A DNA stretch of 64,000 nt from a bacterium (lineage in GTDB: Bacteria; Electryoneota; JAOADG01), in NCBI GenBank assembly GCA_963681965.1, contig OY820579.1:2400001-2464000 (forward strand), read 5' to 3'. The notes below the pieces were generated by a model that saw nothing but the letters and a program-made list of their open reading frames with translations, was not told the DNA's origin and did not search any database. How positions within the stretch are numbered: position 1 is the first letter of the stretch; each line of letters begins with the position of its first letter. Positions 41,345 through 51,879 of the stretch are shown piece by piece. The translations under genes were made by a program, and so were the position numbers.

Positions 41345-41900
41345 AATGTGAGATTCCTTTTCGACAAAATACAACGCCATGCAAGAACGGTCAAACGTCT
41401 CGGCGCGATCTAGCCTCGATAGAATAAATACGTAGAAACGGATGCTATCTATTCGACCAGACGATCTGATCGCTCAGCGCAGTGTGTTCTTTAATCTACC
41501 AGTTGAAGGATTAATGATCGATAAGGATATGTCAGATCCACTTTATGGGATGCAGAGTAATCTTTTATTCGATACGGGTTCGTTCGCTTATAAAAAATAA
41601 GCGATCTAGGAGTGACCAACAACTGTACTGACGTCGCAAATTCCTAGCGAGAATAATATCCGACTTTTTCTAGTAGCAGGAACAAGTCATCATCGTCTAG
41701 AACGAAAAAATTGATATACAGAAACACTCATGGTTGAATTTTAATCGAATTGAAAAAAATGTCTTTATAAAACCGTTTACAGAAAATTCGCGCATTCTTA
41801 ACATCTTCTCCGATCAACTTGAACTCACAATTCAAAATATTTAACTTAGCAAGAATACTGACTTCACCTAATACATCACATCAATCCATGAGGAATCCCA

Positions 41901-44006
41901 GTGAAACGACATTTTATCCTTACCCTCGCATTCGTCGCTAACATCATAATTGCTGCATCGGCGTTTGCGCAAGAATGGCAGTGGCAGCATCCGACAACTA
42001 CATCCAATCGACTGATGGATATCTGTTTTCCAACTCCTAGTATTGGGTGGGCAGTAGGCAATTACGGTACGATCATTCACACTACCGATGGCGGCATTAC
42101 TTGGCAAACGCAGTCCTCCGGTACGACTTCTAACATCGCAAGAATTTTTTTCGTCGACACGCTGCACGGCTGGGCGACTTGTTCGAACGACCGATTATTG
42201 TTGATCACCTCGAATGGTGGCACAACATGGGATATCACTACGATCGGGACTTCGAGCTTTCCCGGCGATATTTTATTCCGCTCGCTGACGGATGGCTGGG
42301 TTGTCGATGGTTCTCGACTATTGCGCACAACGAATGGGGGTTTCACCTGGTCGATACTCAATATCGGTGCGAGTGCTACGATTAACAGTTTGTATCGATC
42401 CGATAGCACAACGATCTGGGCGGTGGGAAATTCCGGAATGATTGTCCGATCCACTAATAATGGCAGCAATTGGAGCAGTATAACGAGCAGCACTTCCGCA
42501 AATTTATTAAGCATCTGCATGGTCGATTCCGGATATGGATGGTGTTCCGGTAATAACGGTACGATTGTGAAAACGACGAATCACGGTACGAATTGGTCGC
42601 AACAAACCAGCGGGACTTCTTTGCAACTATCCGGAATTGCGTTTACGAATCGATCGATGGGGTGGGTTGTCGGCAGTACCGGAACCATTCGGTATACGGA
42701 AAATGGTGGTAATAGTTGGAGTGCACAGACGAGCGCTGTCACGATACCATTGAACGCTGTGACAGTACTCGATTCCGATCGGGTGGTAATCATCGGCGAT
42801 TTCGGTGCGGTTTTACGTACGACCGATCATGGCGTGTTATGGGCGCCAATCGATTACCCGCATAATCCGCGAATCCACGCAATGAAATTTCTAAACGAAC
42901 GTATCGGTTGGGCAGCGTGCGATTCCGGTCATGTCTTGCATACCACCGATGGCGGACTACACTGGACATTTCAGGCAACACTAAATATGCAATTGGCGAT
43001 GGGCATCTCAATTCGGGATTCGCTGAAGTTGTGGGTCTGCGGTTTATCGAATAGCGCCCACGAAAATGTCTTCCGATCTACCGACGGCGGAATCAGTTGG
43101 GCGGCAACACAAGTCACGGTTGAGAGTAAAATCCGCGACATCGAATTCGTAACGGATTCGATCGGTTGGGCGGTCGCAACGAATGGTAAAATTCTAAAAT
43201 CGACCGATTGTGGGGCTTCTTGGCAAGTACATCCGTATTCGATTGCAACTTCAGCCGGCTTTTACGACGTTAATTTCATTTCAGCGCGAGAGGGATGGGT
43301 TTGCGGTGAACCCGGAACCTATCATACTTCCGATAGTGGTGCTACTTGGCAGCAACAGGATTGGACCATCGGCATCTCGATGCATTTTATCGATAATTTA
43401 CACGGCTGGATCGGGAGTACGAACGGTATAATCGTGCGAACGACGAATGGTGGTTCGAATTGGACAACCGTACGGGATAATGGGCATATCCAGTATCGCG
43501 GAATTTATTTTGTAAGCGCACAAGAGGGGTGGGCAGTCGGTGACAGTTGTCAAATCCTTTATACGATGAATGGTGGCACAAGCTGGATGCAACAGCAGAC
43601 TGCTTCGACCGACACACTCACCGAAGTAATTTTCACCGATCCCAATCATGGATGGGTTTGCGGAGCGAACGGTCTGATCATGCATTTGTCCTCCACAGGT
43701 AACGAATGGGTACCGGAAAATGTCGGACTTCGATTACCGGAAGCGTATCAATTACTCAGTAATTATCCGAATCCCTTCAATAGCACGACAACAATTTCCT
43801 ATACGCTACCGAAAGCGAGTGCGATCGAACTGAAGCTGTACAACCTTTCCGGTCGCGAGTTAGCGACTTTGTTTACCAGTGCGCAGGAATCGCCCGGCAT
43901 ACACCGAATCGCATTCGACGGGAAAGATCTCGCTTCCGGCACGTACTTTGTACGAATGCAAGCCGGATCTTTTGTGCAGACGCAGAAACTGGTGTTGTTA
44001 AAGTAG
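41901..44006 (+). CDS. Secreted Ycf48/BNR (Asp-box) repeat protein with T9SS-type CTD
   Basis: Numerous GWAVG..G.I..TT.GG..W repeats; NYPNPFNS...KLVLLK. Confidence 0.88.
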   Translation: MKRHFILTLAFVANIIIAASAFAQEWQWQHPTTTSNRLMDICFPTPSIGWAVGNYGTIIHTTDGGITWQTQSSGTTSNIARIFFVDTLHGWATCSNDRLLLITSNGGTTWDITTIGTSSFPGDILFRSLTDGWVVDGSRLLRTTNGGFTWSILNIGASATINSLYRSDSTTIWAVGNSGMIVRSTNNGSNWSSITSSTSANLLSICMVDSGYGWCSGNNGTIVKTTNHGTNWSQQTSGTSLQLSGIAFTNRSMGWVVGSTGTIRYTENGGNSWSAQTSAVTIPLNAVTVLDSDRVVIIGDFGAVLRTTDHGVLWAPIDYPHNPRIHAMKFLNERIGWAACDSGHVLHTTDGGLHWTFQATLNMQLAMGISIRDSLKLWVCGLSNSAHENVFRSTDGGISWAATQVTVESKIRDIEFVTDSIGWAVATNGKILKSTDCGASWQVHPYSIATSAGFYDVNFISAREGWVCGEPGTYHTSDSGATWQQQDWTIGISMHFIDNLHGWIGSTNGIIVRTTNGGSNWTTVRDNGHIQYRGIYFVSAQEGWAVGDSCQILYTMNGGTSWMQQQTASTDTLTEVIFTDPNHGWVCGANGLIMHLSSTGNEWVPENVGLRLPEAYQLLSNYPNPFNSTTTISYTLPKASAIELKLYNLSGRELATLFTSAQESPGIHRIAFDGKDLASGTYFVRMQAGSFVQTQKLVLLK

Positions 44007-44307
44007 TCGCGGATTTATTGCGATAGTGAATTACATCGGTTGTTTTATGGGAAGTAGCGGACATGAGTCCGCTATTTTTGCAATGGCACGTTCGATCGTG
44101 CAAGAAACCCTTGCGGAAGCGAAGATTCATTTCGGCACAATCATCGCTGCAAAGTGTAATCTAAGAATTCTCAAATACTAGATAGACATATATAATTGTT
44201 ATTACATAAATTACTGTCCGCAATTATACTTTTTCCACGAGCATTGAATCGTTACATTGGCTTCGACATGTTGGCTTCGATTAATCAATCAATCTTTGGA
44301 GGCACTT

Positions 44308-44955
44308 TTGAAGCCCAGTTCTATCTTATTATTCCTAGTTATCATGATCGGCACGTTGGTTCTTATTTCGTGTACCGATAAAAGTAATCCTTCAACACCT
44401 GACACGAACAGCAACGGGGATCTCAGACCGCTCGCTGTCGGCAACTATTGGGTGTATCGGGAAAGCGATAATAACGCTCAAATTACTCAATACGATAGTA
44501 TCGTGATCACCACTACTGTAACAATCCAAGGTGCATCCTATTTCCAGGAAGAAACCTTTATCCATGCGCCTGATTCAGTTCATTGGTGGCATTCCCCTTT
44601 TAAGCACTACCTGACTGTTCGAGATGATGGGTATTATCAATTCGACTCTTCGAATATGATGCCGAAAAAGTTTTTACCGAGCCAACCAAGTGCAGGCTAT
44701 CATGAAGTAATTATTGATACAACCGGGGGTCAGTTTCTCACCGATACTATCGATTGTCGATCCATTTCCGATAATAGTACTGTACCGGCTGGAACTTTCA
44801 CAAATTGTACGCACATTCGTAACGGATACAGTTCGGGTAGCGTCTACGATACCTGGTATAAGCCCGGTGTGGGTGAAGTCAGGTTTTTATATTCACTTCC
44901 TTCTGCTCCACAATACAATTATTCGAAAGCATTGTTACGGTATCGGGTGAATTGA
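44308..44955 (+). CDS. Putative lipoprotein
   Basis: TTG start after GGAGG; lipobox LISC; PLAVGNYWVY, TVPAGTF and WYKPGVG motifs. Confidence 0.75.
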   Translation: MKPSSILLFLVIMIGTLVLISCTDKSNPSTPDTNSNGDLRPLAVGNYWVYRESDNNAQITQYDSIVITTTVTIQGASYFQEETFIHAPDSVHWWHSPFKHYLTVRDDGYYQFDSSNMMPKKFLPSQPSAGYHEVIIDTTGGQFLTDTIDCRSISDNSTVPAGTFTNCTHIRNGYSSGSVYDTWYKPGVGEVRFLYSLPSAPQYNYSKALLRYRVN

Positions 44956-44989
44956 TCGATCTTCCGATTCTTGTTTGACAACCTGTTAG

Positions 44990-45027
44990 AAGCGGCAACT
45001 GTTTTTTACATAGCAGTTGCCGCTTTT
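44990..45027 (+). terminator. Intrinsic terminator
   Basis: AAGCGGCAACTG...CAGTTGCCGCTTTT. Confidence 0.75.
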
Positions 45028-45234
45028 GTAATTGGGTCTGGTCAGTACCGCGGTATGAACATACCTATTTTCAAGAATTTCAAAAATCGCCCCTGATGGA
45101 AATCGGTATCCCCAAGAAATATTTTTTTTAGATCCTTCTCGCCTTGCAATATTCATTCGATTGATGGTAGTTTAGAAATAGAAGAATACCGTTCCGAATT
45201 TCCTAGCTGATACCGTCTCCGAAAGGAACTTGCG

Positions 45235-46503
45235 TTGACTCATTCAAGACATCACCGCTTCTGGCTGGTTATCGTCACAATTCTGCTCGCAATCCAATTC
45301 GTGCAAGCACAGGACAGTTTGAATATCAGATGTTTGAGCCGAATACCGACAACCGCTTCTCGCGCTGTAGCGGTTCAGGGAAATTTCGCTTATGTATGCG
45401 ACGATACAGTTGGATTGCGAGTGATCGATATTTCGGATCCGTTACATCCAACACAAGTCGCCTGTTTTGATACTCCTGGTGAAGTAGCTAATATAAAAAT
45501 TGTTGATAATTACGCTTTTGTAATTGATTATGGTGTTGGATTGAAGATTCTGAATATCTCCAATCCCTACTCTATTACCCAAATTGGGTCATTGACACCG
45601 CCTCATTTTAGTGGGATAGATCTCGCCATATCTGGCAACTATGCGTACATCGCCGATATTTCAAACGGAATGCGAATTATCGACATCTCCAATTTATCGG
45701 CTCCAGTTCAGATTGCGCTCGATACGATCAATTGTGAATTGTGGGGGATTGCTGTTTCAGGTCGATATGCTTATCTGGCAGATCATTTAAATGGTATCCG
45801 CATCTTTGATGTATTGAATCCGGTCTCACCGGTCATGATCGATACTAGCTATTTACGCACTACATATGATATCGAAATATCGGGAAATTATGCCTATATC
45901 GCAGGGGGTGGCAGGTGGCTATCGATTGCTGATATTACCAATCCGTCTGCACCGCAGCAAGTTGAATGTCCAAATTACAATGGTTCAGGATATAGCGTTT
46001 CGGTGATTGGCAACTATGCATATTTAACCGGATCATATTTATCTCATCGTAGTGTTCGAATTTTCAATATCAGTAATCCGTTATCGGTCTATCAAGTTGG
46101 ATTCTATAACCTTCCCAATATCTCGATGGGAGTTGCTGTCTCAGGTAACCATCTCTACGTAGTGGAACGAACAAATTTCGGTATCTACGATATCTCTCAG
46201 GCGCTCGGTGTGGTCGATCGCATCAGTGAGGCAGTCCCTTCAACGTTTGCACTGAAACCGAATTTTCCCAATCCCTTCAACCCAACCACCACAATACAGT
46301 ACACGATTCCGAAGAGCAGTAAAGTATCGCTGAAAATCTTCGATTTGAATGGTCGGGAAGTGGCGTCGCTGGTCGATTTCAATCAGAATCCCGGCGAGTA
46401 CAGTGTCAAATTCGATGGCAAGACATTGGCAGCCGGGACGTATTTTGCGCGATTGGAAGCGGGGTCTTTTGTGCAGATGCAGAAACTGGTGTTGTTAAAG
46501 TAG
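45235..46503 (+). CDS. Secreted LVIVD-repeat protein with T9SS-type CTD
   Basis: GNYAYIAD...GMRIIDISN repeats; NFPNPFNP...KLVLLK. Confidence 0.87.
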   Translation: MTHSRHHRFWLVIVTILLAIQFVQAQDSLNIRCLSRIPTTASRAVAVQGNFAYVCDDTVGLRVIDISDPLHPTQVACFDTPGEVANIKIVDNYAFVIDYGVGLKILNISNPYSITQIGSLTPPHFSGIDLAISGNYAYIADISNGMRIIDISNLSAPVQIALDTINCELWGIAVSGRYAYLADHLNGIRIFDVLNPVSPVMIDTSYLRTTYDIEISGNYAYIAGGGRWLSIADITNPSAPQQVECPNYNGSGYSVSVIGNYAYLTGSYLSHRSVRIFNISNPLSVYQVGFYNLPNISMGVAVSGNHLYVVERTNFGIYDISQALGVVDRISEAVPSTFALKPNFPNPFNPTTTIQYTIPKSSKVSLKIFDLNGREVASLVDFNQNPGEYSVKFDGKTLAAGTYFARLEAGSFVQMQKLVLLK

Positions 46504-46560
46504 GATCGTATAATCTTTCTGTAGGGCATATGCATACCTTCGAAGCAAAGCCAGACGAAG

Positions 46561-47310
46561 AGAATGGTTGTTGGGTGATAGGAGGATGGAGTAAGAAAAA
46601 GAAGGGTAGCGGCGGACTTAAGTCCGCCATTTTTTTCGAAGGGTTGAACCACCAAGTGTCGCTGAAGGCAATCGTATTCGGTCGGAGCGGCAGGCAGTAC
46701 CTGACGTAGGAATAGGTTAGATTTGAAGAGAAGGTTGCCACACTTCGCGCGTAAAAAAATCGTGCTTCGTTCACAACGACATATCAGGAAAAAAAATGGG
46801 TATTGGGTTATAGGTGATGGGTGTTAGGGGAAGAAAAAATATAAGAATAGGAGAATTCTAACTGCAGGAATAAAAAAAAAAGATACTGAAAGCGAACTAA
46901 AGGCTTTTAACTAAATAGATTAACTTCGCTGTAGCGTTGGACTTTAGTCCATTCTCTGTTTCATTTTCAAGAATTGCGGATTGAAGACCGAATCGATAAA
47001 TCAGTGTGTTATTGGTAGGGGCGTTCTTACGCGTCCGCCCGTAACAGTTGAATTGGCAGAATTCAAAGATTGAACCTTTGAATCAAAAGATGCGGGTGTA
47101 TTACGTTCAGTGAGAGCTTCACGGTTGCCATAAGCCCCTACTTTAGCTAATGCACCAGACACGGGCGGTTCGCGAACCGCCCCTACCAAAGATGTATAGA
47201 TAAATAGTTAAAAGCCATTAGTCCGCCGCTACCGGATGGTTGATGGGTGGTTAGTAAAAGAAAAAAAGATACATGAAGCGCAGTCTAAAGCCTGCGGCTA
47301 CAAAAAAATG
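46561..47310. repeat. Cluster of REP-like palindromes of several families
   Basis: GTAGCGGCGGACTTAAGTCCGCC (~46606), GTAGCGTTGGACTTTAGTCC (~46931), inverted GTAGGGGCG...CGCCCCTAC pair (47012-47189), AGTCCGCCGCTAC (~47220), GCAGTCTAAAGCCTGCGGCTAC (~47280). Confidence 0.7.
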
Positions 47311-47706
47311 CAGACGCAACTCACAAGAAAACAATAACTGTGCAGATAATGCAGAATATGCAGATACCACCGTGCAAGAGCGTGTGATTGTGATTGCAAA
47401 AAATGCATACTTTCATCAATCTCCCATCTCGCGACTCTCTACTGTCACTTGATCGTCTCTAATAATCAATGATATAAGGTGCTGTTAAGCGTTTGGCACA
47501 GCACTTGCACTATAGTAATCCGGATAGGATGAAGCGAGCCGTAGATGAATAGGGTTCTTTGATGGGGAGAGTGGTGAATAGGATTGATCGATGTGATCGT
47601 TAGTTTTGATTTCTCCCTAAAGTGTTCCCGTTTGACGATGATGATTAGAGCGGTTCGATGATAGTATGAGATGATTGGACGATTGTGACGTTTGCGCGTC
47701 AGGATG

Positions 47707-47744
47707 AAAAAAAGGCAACCCATGTTGGGTTGCCCTTTTTTTTT
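47707..47744. terminator. Bidirectional terminator-like hairpin
   Basis: AAAAAAAGGCAACCCA-TGT-TGGGTTGCCCTTTTTTTTT. Confidence 0.7.
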
Positions 47745-47823
47745 ATCGAGATCTTCGAAGAGTGGCATTTCAGGTTGAACTTCTGTATGCTATAACAGAG
47801 TTCTTTTCCAGTAAGGGGGAGTT

Positions 47824-49326
47824 ATGCTTCGCTATATTTTGCCGCTTGCGGCACTACTGATACTTGTTCCAGCCTGCTTTGCCCAGCTAACCCTGATCAG
47901 CACGACACCGGCAGACCACACCGTCAATTTACCAACGACTACGACGTTTTCTTTCACATTTTCGGCAGCTCTCGATACTGCGATTCGCTATCCGCAGGGA
48001 TATCCGATCGGTACCGCCGAGATGATGCAGGATTCGATGATTGTTGAGAATTACATGATTTCTGCCGATTTGCGTACCATCACCTTTTCGGTGCAATTGA
48101 CTGCGAACACCGACTTCACGATCCTGCTGCTCACCGCTCGCAGTGCCACTGGACAACTGCTCGATCATCCCCATGCTTTGAATTTCTCGACCCGACGAAC
48201 AAGTGGTATTTATTCGGTATCGGGTAACATCACGATGAGTGGTAATTTCATCGCCGATGCCGTTGTCGGATTGTTTACCTATCCACCGTTCGGCAATGAT
48301 GGCGGACGGCTGGAAATCGGCTCGGTCAGCGGTACTGGTGGCAACTACACGCTTTCTTCGGTTCGTCCCGGCGTATATTATCCGATCTGCGCACTAGATG
48401 CCAATCACAATGGCGATATCCGCAATGAGGATGGCGACGGGATCGGTTTCTACGACCCCAATCATGACGGGCATCCTGACAGTATCGTCGTTTCCAATTC
48501 GCTCACTGCGATCAATTTGGTGATGTCGCAAGCGCGTCCGATTACTGCGCGAACGCAGTTACCGCAAGTCCTTCAGATGGCGCATCAGCTTGACAGCGCA
48601 GCCGTGTTGCTGGCAGTGATGAGTGGCGATTCGGTCATCACACCTGATGGTAGAGCTTGGAATTGGGGTTACCTGTTCGCGAACATTCGGGCTCAACGCA
48701 ACTTTATGATTGGTGCCAATTCGCTGAGTATGGAAATGGATACCAATCGGGATCATCTTCCACAGTTTCCTCCCGGGATGCAGCCGATGCCGATTCAATT
48801 CATCGACAGCGACAGCGCACTCGCCATAGCGGAACGGGAAGGCGGTGGGTGGTTCCGTGCCAACACGATTCTGAATCATGTAAATATGATGGGCGGCAAT
48901 CTGACGGTTATTGTACCGGGTCCTGCCAATCAGATGTCATGGGTTGTGATCTATCAGGCGACGATGAATGACGAAGACACCACTCTGGTGGTGGGAATCG
49001 ACATGCTGACCGGAGCGGTGTTGACGAACGATGTCCGCGAAACACCGGTTCGAACGTTACCAACGGGATTTGCGATCACAGCAGTGAGTCCGAATCCGTT
49101 CAACTCGACGACGACCATTCATTACGAATTGGTGACGGCTCAGACTGTGCGCGCTGCGATCTATGATCTTGAGGGGCGCTTCGTGACGACACTGATGAAC
49201 GGCAGAGTGAGTGCCGGGAGCGGGGTGTTGCACTGGAATGCCACCGGAGTCGCTTCGGGTGTCTATCTGCTGCGGATGCAGGCGGGACAGCAAATAGTCA
49301 GCCGAAAGCTGGTGCTGGTGAAGTAG
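47824..49326 (+). CDS. Secreted protein: Big_5-like Ig domain, Asp-rich Ca-binding-like loops, T9SS-type CTD
   Basis: Signal peptide; TTPAD...V...TFSFTFS.ALD; DANHNGD and DPNHDGHPD; SPNPFNS...KLVLVK. Confidence 0.8.
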   Translation: MLRYILPLAALLILVPACFAQLTLISTTPADHTVNLPTTTTFSFTFSAALDTAIRYPQGYPIGTAEMMQDSMIVENYMISADLRTITFSVQLTANTDFTILLLTARSATGQLLDHPHALNFSTRRTSGIYSVSGNITMSGNFIADAVVGLFTYPPFGNDGGRLEIGSVSGTGGNYTLSSVRPGVYYPICALDANHNGDIRNEDGDGIGFYDPNHDGHPDSIVVSNSLTAINLVMSQARPITARTQLPQVLQMAHQLDSAAVLLAVMSGDSVITPDGRAWNWGYLFANIRAQRNFMIGANSLSMEMDTNRDHLPQFPPGMQPMPIQFIDSDSALAIAEREGGGWFRANTILNHVNMMGGNLTVIVPGPANQMSWVVIYQATMNDEDTTLVVGIDMLTGAVLTNDVRETPVRTLPTGFAITAVSPNPFNSTTTIHYELVTAQTVRAAIYDLEGRFVTTLMNGRVSAGSGVLHWNATGVASGVYLLRMQAGQQIVSRKLVLVK

Positions 49327-49349
49327 ATAAACAGAAATTGCTAAGTTTG

Positions 49350-49380
49350 CGGGCGGGAGGAGCATCCTTTCGCCCGATTT
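49350..49380 (+). terminator. Putative terminator
   Basis: CGGGCGGGAGGA-GCA-TCCTTTCGCCCG-ATTT after the 49326 stop. Confidence 0.55.
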
Positions 49381-49479
49381 GTATAATCTGATTAGTTTTT
49401 GCTTGAAAGTAATAAATATTAATGATATTTTGATGGTAATTACTTTTCTTACCATATCCTCGCTCACAAGGGAGAATTT

Positions 49480-50055
49480 ATGTCCCATAATACTCGCTGT
49501 AATCATTGCAAAGACCGGTTAGACGAATTGTTCCGGTATCATTATGGATCGATTGAACATAAACATAAAGTACAAGTTCCGGTTCATCTAGAAAAATTAG
49601 GAGAGTTTACCAATCTAAGGACCTTCCAAAAACTGGAAAAAATTTATCATGCATTAGAAGGATTTAAACAGCAGAAACAATTCGTCAAGTCTGTCAATCT
49701 GCAGCGGTGCGATATCTTCATTCCTCAATTGATGCGAATAGTTGAGTTGGATGAAACGCAGCATTTCAGTGCTGCAAGGGCAATTGCATTGGAACAGTAT
49801 CCAAAATCTTTTGAGTTGGGGTTTTCTCGCAAACAGTGGATTTTATATTGTCGCCATTATAATTCAAAAGATCCTATGCCACCATACCGTGACGAACAGC
49901 GTGCCTGGTACGATACTATACGTGATTTTCTACCATTTTTAATTGGGTACGCACCTACAATTCGAATTCATATCGGAGACTTTGCATGGTGCGAACTTGA
50001 TAGTAGTAGCAAGTCTGATCGAAATAAATTCAGGGAACTTCTGTCGATTAAATGA
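49480..50055 (+). CDS. Putative Vsr/DUF559-like (restriction-endonuclease-fold) nuclease
   Basis: CDIFIP...IVELDETQHF and QRAWYD..RD pattern; N-terminal CxxC; GGGAG RBS. Confidence 0.55.
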   Translation: MSHNTRCNHCKDRLDELFRYHYGSIEHKHKVQVPVHLEKLGEFTNLRTFQKLEKIYHALEGFKQQKQFVKSVNLQRCDIFIPQLMRIVELDETQHFSAARAIALEQYPKSFELGFSRKQWILYCRHYNSKDPMPPYRDEQRAWYDTIRDFLPFLIGYAPTIRIHIGDFAWCELDSSSKSDRNKFRELLSIK

Positions 50056-50066
50056 AGGAGTAATTC

Positions 50067-50909
50067 ATGTTTAACTTCACTGTAAGCCGGTTAATTGTGG
50101 CGAAAGACGAGAATTATTCTGGAATTCGAGCTGCAAATTTAATCAATCGCGCCGCAAAAAAAATGAATCAATTAGGCTGTCATTCGCGCTATTTCATAAC
50201 AAAAGGAGGATTTGTCGGTTTCGATTGGCCAAATGGTGTTTCCGTGACCGATGAACCATGGAATCCGCGGCTGTCGGTAATCCGAGATTTGACAAGCGCA
50301 GCCCTACAAGAGATCAAGTCATTGTTACGACATTTGCATCGTAAGAATCTTCCATTCGATTTTTTAACGATTGGGATCGATTCGTTTTCACCCGATGAGA
50401 ATCGCAGTATAGAATTGGTTTGTGTTATCGATTTCGAACAACGAATACCTACTTTCCGATTCACAGGCAAATCATATCCAATTACAAATCAAGAACGGCA
50501 ATTGTACCGTATTTCCGACCTCAATACACACATAATGAAATTAGGTAAAGACCGAGTTTTGATTTTAGGTTGTCATGATCTCAACTTATTCTCTGCTCGT
50601 CGAGCTAAAACAGCATCATCATCTAGAAAGTCCATACGTACCGAAATGAAAAAGATCGCAAGTAAATTCAAACCAACAATTGTTTTGCAACATCCTCATA
50701 CATCAGATTTTCCAAAAACCTGGCGACTCGGTATTGCCGGATTGAAGAAAACACTTCCATCGGTAAAAACGTTTGCATCTGCAGGAGCCATGGTGGGAAT
50801 ACGTGAGGACATCCACAAGGAAATCCGCGAAGAAACTGGACAGGGAAAGGTTTTAGACATTGTCTATAGCAACCGTCAGTTCCTCTTCGATACATCTGAA
50901 TATTTATAG
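50067..50909 (+). CDS. Hypothetical protein, possible divergent nitrilase/C-N hydrolase fold
   Basis: TGKSYP and VLILGCHDL resemble the K and C catalytic motifs; AGGAG RBS 11 nt after the upstream stop. Confidence 0.5.
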   Translation: MFNFTVSRLIVAKDENYSGIRAANLINRAAKKMNQLGCHSRYFITKGGFVGFDWPNGVSVTDEPWNPRLSVIRDLTSAALQEIKSLLRHLHRKNLPFDFLTIGIDSFSPDENRSIELVCVIDFEQRIPTFRFTGKSYPITNQERQLYRISDLNTHIMKLGKDRVLILGCHDLNLFSARRAKTASSSRKSIRTEMKKIASKFKPTIVLQHPHTSDFPKTWRLGIAGLKKTLPSVKTFASAGAMVGIREDIHKEIREETGQGKVLDIVYSNRQFLFDTSEYL

Positions 50910-51027
50910 AATTGATAACTTCCGAAATTGCTCGAATTGTTCTAATTGATATTGAATTTATTATAACAAAATTAACGATTATTTATGAATGGTATGTCTA
51001 ACGTCAGTATCATTATCGAGGAATTTT

Positions 51028-51591
51028 ATGAGTAGTCTATCGAGTTCCGTTTGTCCCGCGGAAGGGGCGAAATGGCTGGTTCACCCGATCCGGCAATGGA
51101 TTCAATCACCGATCAAGTTATTGCAACCATTCATTAAACCGGGGATGATAGCGGTCGATATTGGGTGCGGTCCGGGTTACTTCGCAGTTGGGTTGGCAGA
51201 ATTGGTCGGGTCATCCGGAAAGGTGATTGGCGTCGACTTGCAACCGGAGATGCTCGCGTTTGCGCAACAATATGCGACCAAGTGCGGTGTATCCGATCGG
51301 ATCAACTGGCAGCTCTGTACCCAGACCAGCTTGGAATTGAACAATGTACAAGCCGATTTCGTGCTGGCATTTTATGTCGTGCATGAGATTCCCGATCGAA
51401 TTGGTTTATTCAAACAAATCCTAAAAGTATTGAAGCCGGATGGAAAATTTCTCTTGATTGAACCGAATTTCCACGTTTCGAAGTCCGCCTTTACGCAAAC
51501 AGTTGCCGATGCGAAGAGTGCCGGTTTGATACCAGTTCAGGATTACAAAGTCTTCTTAAGTCGAGGGATATTGCTGGGCAAGCCGCGTTAA
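51028..51591 (+). CDS. Class I SAM-dependent methyltransferase
   Basis: VDIGCGPG, GVDLQPEML, LKPDG. Confidence 0.9.
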   Translation: MSSLSSSVCPAEGAKWLVHPIRQWIQSPIKLLQPFIKPGMIAVDIGCGPGYFAVGLAELVGSSGKVIGVDLQPEMLAFAQQYATKCGVSDRINWQLCTQTSLELNNVQADFVLAFYVVHEIPDRIGLFKQILKVLKPDGKFLLIEPNFHVSKSAFTQTVADAKSAGLIPVQDYKVFLSRGILLGKPR

Positions 51592-51600
51592 GAAAGTATC

Positions 51601-51700
51601 TCTTGAAAATAAGTTGTAATCGGTAGTAGGGGCGGACCCTCGCGTCCGCCCGCAGGTCAGGTGAAGCCTGACACCGAATCATGACAACTTATTATCAAGA
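51601..51700. repeat. 100-bp palindromic element, copy 3 (opposite orientation)
   Basis: TCTTGAAAATAAGTTGT...GTAGGGGCGGACCCTCGCGTCCGCCC...ACAACTTATTATCAAGA. Confidence 0.85.
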
Positions 51701-51879
51701 ACCACTATAAAAAAATCTTCAAGAACTATTTTTTAGTTGTAGCAAATTCGATATTGCATATATCTTATAATTACGAATTTCGAATAATTGGTAACTTTCC
51801 GATTTCTCTGCTTTATAATGATGCTTCATTGCGAGTGTTGCGCGATGAACGAAGATTCTATTTTCCAAATGAGGTTACT

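Noticed and set aside
41442-41600. 52-codon ORF (MLSIRPDD...AYKK) in the deoB upstream region
   Set aside because: No clear RBS or recognisable motif; could be chance.
46504-47823. CRISPR array
   Set aside because: Repeats are degenerate, irregularly spaced and in mixed orientation; no cas genes.
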